DNA of 64,000 bases from Enterobacteria phage vB_EcoM_IME340. The DNA is taken from sequence record MH051916; one strand, written 5' to 3'. The translations under genes were made by a program, and so were the position numbers. The notes below the pieces were generated by a model, which was not told the origin of the DNA, did not search any database, and saw only the letters and a list, made by a program, of their open reading frames with translations. This document shows positions 58,079 to 64,000 of the stretch, piece by piece; position 1 is the stretch's first letter; every line of letters starts with the position of its first letter.

Positions 58079-58761
58079 TGTTTGATTTTATTATAGATTT
58101 TGAAACAATGGGAAGCGGTGAAAAGGCAGCTGTTATTGATTTGGCTGTTATTGCCTTTGACCCTAATCCAGAAGTAGTTGAAACATTTGATGAATTAGTT
58201 TCACGCGGCATTAAAATCAAGTTTGATTTAAAAAGCCAAAAAGGACATCGTCTTTTTACTAAAAGCACTATTGAATGGTGGAAAAATCAGTCTCCTGAAG
58301 CTCGAAAAAATATTGCACCATCAGATGAAGATGTAAGCACTATCGATGGTATTGTAAAATTTAATGATTACATCAATGCACATAACATCGATCCTTGGAA
58401 ATCTCATGGCTGGTGCCGTGGAATGTCGTTTGATTTTCCAATTTTAGTCGATCTCATTCGCGATATTCAACGTCTTAATGGCGTTTCTGAGAATGAACTT
58501 GACACATTTAAGTTAGAACCGTGTAAATTCTGGAATCAGCGTGATATTCGTACCAGAATTGAAGCACTTCTCCTTGTTCGTGATATGACCACGTGTCCTC
58601 TTCCAAAGGGAACTTTAGATGGATTCGTTGCACATGATTCTATTCATGACTGTGCGAAAGACATCCTGATGATGAAGTATGCTTTGCGATATGCTATGGG
58701 TCTTGAAGACGCTCCGTCAGAGGAAGAGTGCGATCCTCTATCTCTTCCAACAAAACGATAA
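58078..58761 (+). CDS. dexA: exonuclease A (DnaQ-like 3'-5' exonuclease)
   Basis: 227 aa; MFDFIIDFETMG (DxE exo motif). Confidence 0.85.
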   Translation: MFDFIIDFETMGSGEKAAVIDLAVIAFDPNPEVVETFDELVSRGIKIKFDLKSQKGHRLFTKSTIEWWKNQSPEARKNIAPSDEDVSTIDGIVKFNDYINAHNIDPWKSHGWCRGMSFDFPILVDLIRDIQRLNGVSENELDTFKLEPCKFWNQRDIRTRIEALLLVRDMTTCPLPKGTLDGFVAHDSIHDCAKDILMMKYALRYAMGLEDAPSEEECDPLSLPTKR

Positions 58762-58767
58762 AAAGTT

Positions 58768-58797
58768 GTTTACTTCCTCGGTTAGTTGTGGTATTAT
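58768..58797 (+). promoter_or_regulatory. early promoter
   Basis: GTTTAC 58768-58773, TATTAT 58792-58797. Confidence 0.55.
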
Positions 58798-58824
58798 AAC
58801 ACCATAGCTACTGAGGATAATAAA

Positions 58825-59325
58825 ATGAAAATTTATCGTGTTGAATCATCGTTTAGTATTCTTGATTATGAAGATGCTATAACAATACGTCGAAATCTTT
58901 GTGTTCAAATAACGCCGTACAGGAGTATAATAGATTCATGGAGCGAAGAGTGGCTATTACACGTAGGTTATGACAGACCTAATTTTATGCATCATAGCGA
59001 TAATAATAAAAGAATTCCTTTACCACACGAAGATAAATTATTAGTTAAAAACGCTAATATAGTAATTAATACTAAGTTCAAGAAAGATTATGTTGGAGTA
59101 GAATATCATATTCCAGGATGGTTTATAGCTCTTTATCATTTTGCTTTCGCTAGTGAATATGATATGATGAGATGGTTCACACGAGAAGAGCGGGAAGAAT
59201 TATCTTCTAAAGGATTTTATCTCGCTGTATACGAAGTTCCTGAAGATGAAGTTATCATTGGCGGGCACCAAGTAATGTTCCGCAAATCGCATGCTGAACT
59301 CATAGATTTTATTGAAATGAGATAA
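58825..59325 (+). CDS. hypothetical protein (166 aa)
   Basis: ATG after GAGGATAAT SD. Confidence 0.5.
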   Translation: MKIYRVESSFSILDYEDAITIRRNLCVQITPYRSIIDSWSEEWLLHVGYDRPNFMHHSDNNKRIPLPHEDKLLVKNANIVINTKFKKDYVGVEYHIPGWFIALYHFAFASEYDMMRWFTREEREELSSKGFYLAVYEVPEDEVIIGGHQVMFRKSHAELIDFIEMR

Positions 59326-59327
59326 TT

Positions 59328-59861
59328 ATGAAATTTAATTATAATCCTGAATACACACCAAATCCGGTAGCTAAACTGATTGATTTTGATGTTGTAAGCA
59401 CTTATGTATGCCCTGTTAAACCACTGGAAATTAAGGAACCTACTATGACTACCGCTATTGAAATCGGCAAAACCTACAAACTAGTTGAACCTGAAATTAA
59501 AACTAATGCCTTGATTTCCGGCTATAAAACTTTGACTGATGTTTTTGGCGAAGGCGAATTTACTGTTGAAGACTTTGGAAAAAGTAAATGGTTTACTAAA
59601 TCTTATATTGTCCACGGTCGTCGTTTAGACAATAACAAAATAGAGAAAATCCTGGTTTATGAAGCAGAGTTCATCCTCTTTCAAGAATGCGATCCTACTG
59701 ACCTTTTGACTCGTGCGGTAGCTATCAAGACTCCATTTATTTCGGTCTGTGGTTGGGTAACAGACCAGTGGATTGAAGATGGTGTTGAACTTCTGAACGT
59801 TGTTCATGCAGGTGATTTTAGTGTAGTACCTCGTAGTGCGGTGGTAGCTATTTTAAATTAA
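59328..59861 (+). CDS. hypothetical protein (177 aa), paralogue of next
   Basis: C-terminal ...VCGWVTDQWIEDGVELLNVVHAGDFSVVP resembles next gene. Confidence 0.55.
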   Translation: MKFNYNPEYTPNPVAKLIDFDVVSTYVCPVKPLEIKEPTMTTAIEIGKTYKLVEPEIKTNALISGYKTLTDVFGEGEFTVEDFGKSKWFTKSYIVHGRRLDNNKIEKILVYEAEFILFQECDPTDLLTRAVAIKTPFISVCGWVTDQWIEDGVELLNVVHAGDFSVVPRSAVVAILN

Positions 59862-59863
59862 TA

Positions 59864-59893
59864 GTTTACAAACTCTTGGGACCAGAGTATAAT
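59864..59893 (+). promoter_or_regulatory. early promoter
   Basis: GTTTAC 59864-59869, TATAAT 59888-59893. Confidence 0.6.
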
Positions 59894-59937
59894 GGTCCCG
59901 TGGAGTATAAAATCTTTTTAACAAGTGAGAGATAAGT

Positions 59938-60435
59938 ATGATTATTAATATTGGTGAATTAGCTCGTGTATCTGATAAATCCCGTTCTAAAGCAGCAGGA
60001 AAATTGGTCGAAATTGTAAGCATTCAGCTTAAACACGGCGTTAAAGATGAAGATTCTGAAGTAAAAGTGCGTATCATTCCTAAAGATGGAAAGTCTAAAC
60101 CTCAGTTTGGCTATGTTCGTGCGAAATTTCTTGAGTCTGCGTTTTTGAAAGCTGTTCCTGCTAAAGGAATTGAAACGATTGATACTTCGCATGTAGGTGT
60201 AGACTTTAAGTGGAAACTCGGTCAGGCTATTAAGTTCATTGCTCCTTATGAATTCGAATTTACCGAAGATGAGGAAGGGGTTGTTCAAAAACGTCGTACT
60301 CGTGCTATGTGTGCATACATTACCGATCAATGGGTAGAAGATGGCGTTAAGTTGTACAACGCGGTATTTTTAGGAACATACAAAGTCATTCCTGAAAGTT
60401 GGATTAAACACTATAGCAAAGCTCGCTGTGCATAA
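59938..60435 (+). CDS. hypothetical protein (165 aa), paralogue of previous
   Basis: ...MCAYITDQWVEDGVKLYNAVFLGTYKVIP. Confidence 0.55.
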   Translation: MIINIGELARVSDKSRSKAAGKLVEIVSIQLKHGVKDEDSEVKVRIIPKDGKSKPQFGYVRAKFLESAFLKAVPAKGIETIDTSHVGVDFKWKLGQAIKFIAPYEFEFTEDEEGVVQKRRTRAMCAYITDQWVEDGVKLYNAVFLGTYKVIPESWIKHYSKARCA

Positions 60436-60606
60436 AGTTTAAATTTTTTCATAAAACTATATACATCAGTAGTTGATTATGGTATTATATCAATATCAAC
60501 TACTGATACAGAAAACAACTTGGAGAATAAAATGGAAAATTTGCCAAAGGTGCTGCTACTCTTCTGAAACGCATCGCTCCACTGTTCAATTAATGAGGAA
60601 ATTGTA

Positions 60607-60822
60607 ATGAAACGTAAAACTGTTCAGAAATGCACTAATGACGAATTTGAAGATGTATTATTCGATCCAGATTTGGTAGTGGTTCAAAAGGAACACACCA
60701 TTAAGTTTACTCACTTGACTTCGGTTTATGTGTATGAAAAGGTTGGTGATAAACAGCCAATTTACGGTGTATTCCGTGAAATCACTGAAGACGGTACAAC
60801 TTACTGGAAGGAAATTTATTAA
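60607..60822 (+). CDS. hypothetical protein (71 aa)
   Basis: GAGGAAATTGTA SD. Confidence 0.5.
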   Translation: MKRKTVQKCTNDEFEDVLFDPDLVVVQKEHTIKFTHLTSVYVYEKVGDKQPIYGVFREITEDGTTYWKEIY

Positions 60823-61241
60823 TGGCTATTAGATTTGAAGTTAATAAATGGTATCAATTTAAAAATAAACAAGCTCAAGAAAATTTTATTAAAGACCATA
60901 TTAATAACGGAATTTATGCGCGCCGTTTAGGTATGTATCCTTTTAAAATTTTAGATGTGGACGCTCTTGGGCGTCCTATTAAAATTTTGTCATCTACTGG
61001 AAATTTAGTACTATCTCCTGATAAAGATGTTTTGGATGAAGACTTTATTTGGCTTTCAAAAAGTGAAGCTGGGTTCTTTGATGAAGTTGAAAATCCATAT
61101 CAGGCTGCTGAAGAACAAGAGCAGGAAGAGCAAGAACAAATAGAAGATTTCACAGAATTCCCGGTCATGAAAGTTACTATTGAAAATAATGAACAGGCAT
61201 GGTCCTTGTATCAGATGTTGAAAGCACATTTTAAGGAATAA
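60822..61241 (+). CDS. hypothetical protein with acidic EQ-rich segment (139 aa)
   Basis: ORF-track CDS. Confidence 0.5.
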   Translation: MAIRFEVNKWYQFKNKQAQENFIKDHINNGIYARRLGMYPFKILDVDALGRPIKILSSTGNLVLSPDKDVLDEDFIWLSKSEAGFFDEVENPYQAAEEQEQEEQEQIEDFTEFPVMKVTIENNEQAWSLYQMLKAHFKE

Positions 61242-61243
61242 TT

Positions 61244-61420
61244 ATGCCAATGTATGATTATAAATGCCAATCCGAAGATTGCGGGCATGAATATGAAAAA
61301 ATTAAAAAGATTTCTGAACGAGAAAATGATGTTTGCCCTAAATGTCATCGTTTGTCTACTCGTCGGCCTTCTGCTCCTAAGCATGTGAATGGTGGATTTT
61401 ACGACTTACTTAAAGGGTGA
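61244..61420 (+). CDS. small zinc-ribbon protein (58 aa)
   Basis: CQSEDC...CPKC four-Cys ribbon; below ORF-track cut-off. Confidence 0.4.
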   Translation: MPMYDYKCQSEDCGHEYEKIKKISERENDVCPKCHRLSTRRPSAPKHVNGGFYDLLKG

Positions 61421-61422
61421 TT

Positions 61423-61794
61423 ATGTTTAAAATCGGTAAGAAATATCGTGTTCGCGAAGGTGAAGAAAAGAAATATCTACTTTCTTCTATTTATAGGAAT
61501 GGTTCTATTAATGCCGTAATATCTACAAGCGAATTTATCGTTGAAGATATGAAAGGCCATAATGTTACAATGATTAGTACAGCATCTGGAAATGATGGAA
61601 AAATTCTTCACAGTTTTCAGAGTAATGTTCTAATTTATGATGAAGAATTTGACTTCTTCGAAGAAGTTCCTGAAGATTTTGATTTTGAATGCACTATCAC
61701 TATGAAATCTGGCGACCCTCTTTCTTTTACAGTTAAAGATGAAAGAAGTCGCTTGAGAATTATTAGTCTCCTTCAAGCCATTAAATTTGAGTGA
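61423..61794 (+). CDS. hypothetical protein (123 aa)
   Basis: ORF-track frame, ATG start. Confidence 0.5.
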   Translation: MFKIGKKYRVREGEEKKYLLSSIYRNGSINAVISTSEFIVEDMKGHNVTMISTASGNDGKILHSFQSNVLIYDEEFDFFEEVPEDFDFECTITMKSGDPLSFTVKDERSRLRIISLLQAIKFE

Positions 61795-62059
61795 AATTAT
61801 GAAATATGTTAATCGTTCTATCGCGGCATTAGTATTAGCAGTATCTTTAGTAGGATGTACTGATGCTGATAATGCAACCAAAGTTTTGTCTTCAAGTGGT
61901 TTTACTAATATTGAAATCACTGGATATAATTGGTTCGGTTGCTCTGAAAATGATTTCCAACACACTGGATTTCGTGCTATTGGACCTACCGGGCAGAAAG
62001 TAGAAGGAACAGTATGTTCTGGTCTATTCTTCAAGGATTCGACTATCCGTTTTAAATAA
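61787..62059 (+). CDS. putative lipoprotein (90 aa)
   Basis: signal peptide with lipobox LVGC. Confidence 0.55.
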   Translation: MSEIMKYVNRSIAALVLAVSLVGCTDADNATKVLSSSGFTNIEITGYNWFGCSENDFQHTGFRAIGPTGQKVEGTVCSGLFFKDSTIRFK

Positions 62060-62060
62060 A

Positions 62061-62077
62061 AGGCCTTCGGGCCTTTA
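62061..62077 (+). terminator. UUCG hairpin / weak terminator
   Basis: AGGCC-TTCG-GGCCT then TTT. Confidence 0.55.
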
Positions 62078-62090
62078 GCTTTATGATTAC

Positions 62091-62101
62091 CGGAGTATAA
62101 T
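62091..62101 (+). promoter_or_regulatory. promoter -10 region upstream of gene 39
   Basis: ccggagTATAAT; no GTTTAC -35. Confidence 0.4.
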
Positions 62102-62128
62102 ATTCCCGAAACCAAACGAGGATAAGTG

Positions 62129-63946
62129 ATGATTAAGAATGAAATTAAAATTCTGAGCGATATTGAACATATCAAAAAGCGTAGCGGCATGTATATTGGC
62201 TCTTCTGCTAATGAAATGCATGAGCGCTTTCTGTTTGGTAAATGGGAAAGTGTTCAGTATGTACCTGGTCTTGTTAAGCTTATTGATGAAATTATTGATA
62301 ACTCAGTAGATGAAGGTATTCGTACTAAGTTTAAATTCGCAAATAAAATTAATGTTACTATCAAAAACAATCAAGTAACAGTTGAAGATAACGGTCGTGG
62401 TATTCCACAGGCGATGGTTAAAACACCTACCGGTGAAGAAATTCCTGGTCCTGTTGCTGCATGGACTATTCCAAAAGCAGGTGGTAACTTTGGTGATGAT
62501 AAAGAACGCGTCACTGGCGGTATGAACGGTGTTGGTTCTAGTTTAACTAACATTTTTTCTGTGATGTTTGTCGGTGAAACTGGCGACGGTCAAAATAATA
62601 TTGTAGTTCGCTGCTCGAATGGCATGGAAAATAAATCGTGGGAAGATATTCCTGGAAAATGGAAAGGAACACGTGTTACTTTCATACCTGATTTTATGTC
62701 ATTTGAAACTAATGAGCTATCTCAAGTTTATCTTGACATTACACTAGATCGTCTCCAGACACTTGCAGTAGTTTATCCTGATATTCAATTTACCTTTAAT
62801 GGTAAAAAGGTTCAGGGTAATTTTAAGAAATATGCACGCCAATATGATGAACATGCTATCGTTCAAGAACAAGAAAATTGTTCTATTGCGGTTGGTCGTT
62901 CACCGGATGGTTTTCGTCAATTAACATACGTCAATAACATTCATACTAAGAATGGTGGCCATCACATTGACTGCGTTATGGATGATATTTGTGAAGACCT
63001 TATTCCACAAATCAAACGTAAGTTCAAAATTGATGTAACTAAAGCACGTGTTAAAGAATGTTTGACTATCGTTATGTTTGTTCGTGATATGAAAAACATG
63101 CGATTTGATTCTCAAACTAAAGAGCGTTTGACTTCTCCATTTGGTGAAATTCGTAGTCATATTCAGCTTGATGCTAAAAAGATTTCACGTGCTATTTTAA
63201 ATAATGAAGCAATTTTAATGCCAATCATTGAAGCTGCCTTGGCTCGTAAATTGGCGGCAGAAAAAGCAGCAGAAACTAAAGCAGCTAAAAAGGCTTCTAA
63301 AGCTAAGGTTCATAAACATATTAAAGCGAATCTTTGTGGTAAAGATGCTGATACTACTCTTTTCTTGACTGAGGGTGATTCTGCTATTGGATATCTTATT
63401 GATGTTCGTGATAAAGAACTTCATGGTGGTTATCCATTGCGTGGTAAAGTTCTTAACAGTTGGGGCATGTCATATGCTGATATGCTTAAAAACAAAGAAC
63501 TATTTGATATTTGTGCAATCACTGGATTGGTTCTTGGTGAAAAAGCTGAAAACTTGAATTATCATAATATTGCTATTATGACTGATGCTGACCATGATGG
63601 TCTAGGAAGCATTTATCCTTCTTTGCTCGGATTTTTTAGTAATTGGCCAGAACTGTTTGAACAAGGAAGAATTCGCTTTGTCAAAACTCCTGTAATCATC
63701 GCTCAGGTCGGTAAAAAACAAGAATGGTTTTATACAGTCGCTGAATATGAGAGTGCTAAAGATGCTCTACCTAAACATAGCATCCGTTATATTAAGGGAC
63801 TTGGCTCTTTGGAAAAATCTGAATATCGCGAGATGATTCAAAACCCAGTATATGATGTTGTTAAACTTCCTGAGAACTGGAAAGAGCTTTTTGAAATGCT
63901 CATGGGAGATAATGCTGACCTTCGTAAAGAATGGATGAGCCAATAG
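62129..63946 (+). CDS. 39: DNA topoisomerase II large (ATPase, GyrB-like) subunit, unsplit
   Basis: 605 aa; MIKNEIKILSDIEHIKKRSGMYIGS; GHKL ATPase motifs; a single ORF covers the region that T4 splits into genes 39 and 60. Confidence 0.9.
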   Translation: MIKNEIKILSDIEHIKKRSGMYIGSSANEMHERFLFGKWESVQYVPGLVKLIDEIIDNSVDEGIRTKFKFANKINVTIKNNQVTVEDNGRGIPQAMVKTPTGEEIPGPVAAWTIPKAGGNFGDDKERVTGGMNGVGSSLTNIFSVMFVGETGDGQNNIVVRCSNGMENKSWEDIPGKWKGTRVTFIPDFMSFETNELSQVYLDITLDRLQTLAVVYPDIQFTFNGKKVQGNFKKYARQYDEHAIVQEQENCSIAVGRSPDGFRQLTYVNNIHTKNGGHHIDCVMDDICEDLIPQIKRKFKIDVTKARVKECLTIVMFVRDMKNMRFDSQTKERLTSPFGEIRSHIQLDAKKISRAILNNEAILMPIIEAALARKLAAEKAAETKAAKKASKAKVHKHIKANLCGKDADTTLFLTEGDSAIGYLIDVRDKELHGGYPLRGKVLNSWGMSYADMLKNKELFDICAITGLVLGEKAENLNYHNIAIMTDADHDGLGSIYPSLLGFFSNWPELFEQGRIRFVKTPVIIAQVGKKQEWFYTVAEYESAKDALPKHSIRYIKGLGSLEKSEYREMIQNPVYDVVKLPENWKELFEMLMGDNADLRKEWMSQ

Positions 63947-63975
63947 TTTACTTTACCACAAGGATGTGGTATAAT
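63946..63975 (+). promoter_or_regulatory. early promoter (identical to copy at 19699-19728)
   Basis: GTTTACTTTACCACAAGGATGTGGTATAAT. Confidence 0.6.
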
Positions 63976-64000
63976 TAATTGGACAAATGAGGATATTGAA

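Noticed and set aside
58825-61241. Naming ORFs between dexA and 39 as motB, cef and goF
   Set aside because: Sizes are compatible with the T4 genes but I could not confirm sequence identity from memory; left as hypothetical.
61630-62190. 186-aa minus-strand ORF spanning two + strand genes, a terminator hairpin and a promoter
   Set aside because: Low-complexity translation typical of antisense reading of AT-rich coding DNA; it runs through + strand regulatory elements and has no SD. Judged spurious.

Overview
This window is a contiguous stretch of the early/middle region of a T4-like (T-even, Tequatrovirus-type) myovirus, read in the direction of transcription; essentially every gene is on the + strand. 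Recognisable genes, in order: nudE, e (lysozyme), denV, an internal-protein cluster including ipIII, regB, tk, rI, nrdC, 49, nrdD, nrdG, an nrdH-like glutaredoxin, 55, alpha-gt, 47, 46, rpbA, 45, 44, 62, regA, 43, imm, 42, a glycosyltransferase, uvsX, 40, 41, dmd, sp, 61, 56, soc, two Mod-type ADP-ribosyltransferases, srd, dda, dexA and 39. It is not T4 itself: gene 39 is one unsplit 605-aa ORF, nrdD has no intron, an HNH endonuclease occupies the 61-56 interval, the glycosyltransferase at the beta-gt position has a different fold, and the internal-protein genes are arranged differently around denV. Many GTTTAC-N18-TATAAT early promoters, a few TATAAATA late promoters and numerous UUCG-type hairpins punctuate the map. 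No tRNA, rRNA or CRISPR array was found. I cannot demonstrate an undescribed system from sequence alone; the best candidates for unexplored (probably anti-defence or host-takeover) functions are the accessory islands: the CTS-bearing internal-protein genes, a macro-domain protein, a nucleotidyltransferase-fold/AAA-ATPase pair, four tandem coiled-coil paralogues and a dispersed family of ~60-aa helical proteins. All homology calls are from motif and sequence recognition by eye, without database searches; the promoter, terminator and hairpin coordinates were hand-counted and may be off by 1-2 nt.
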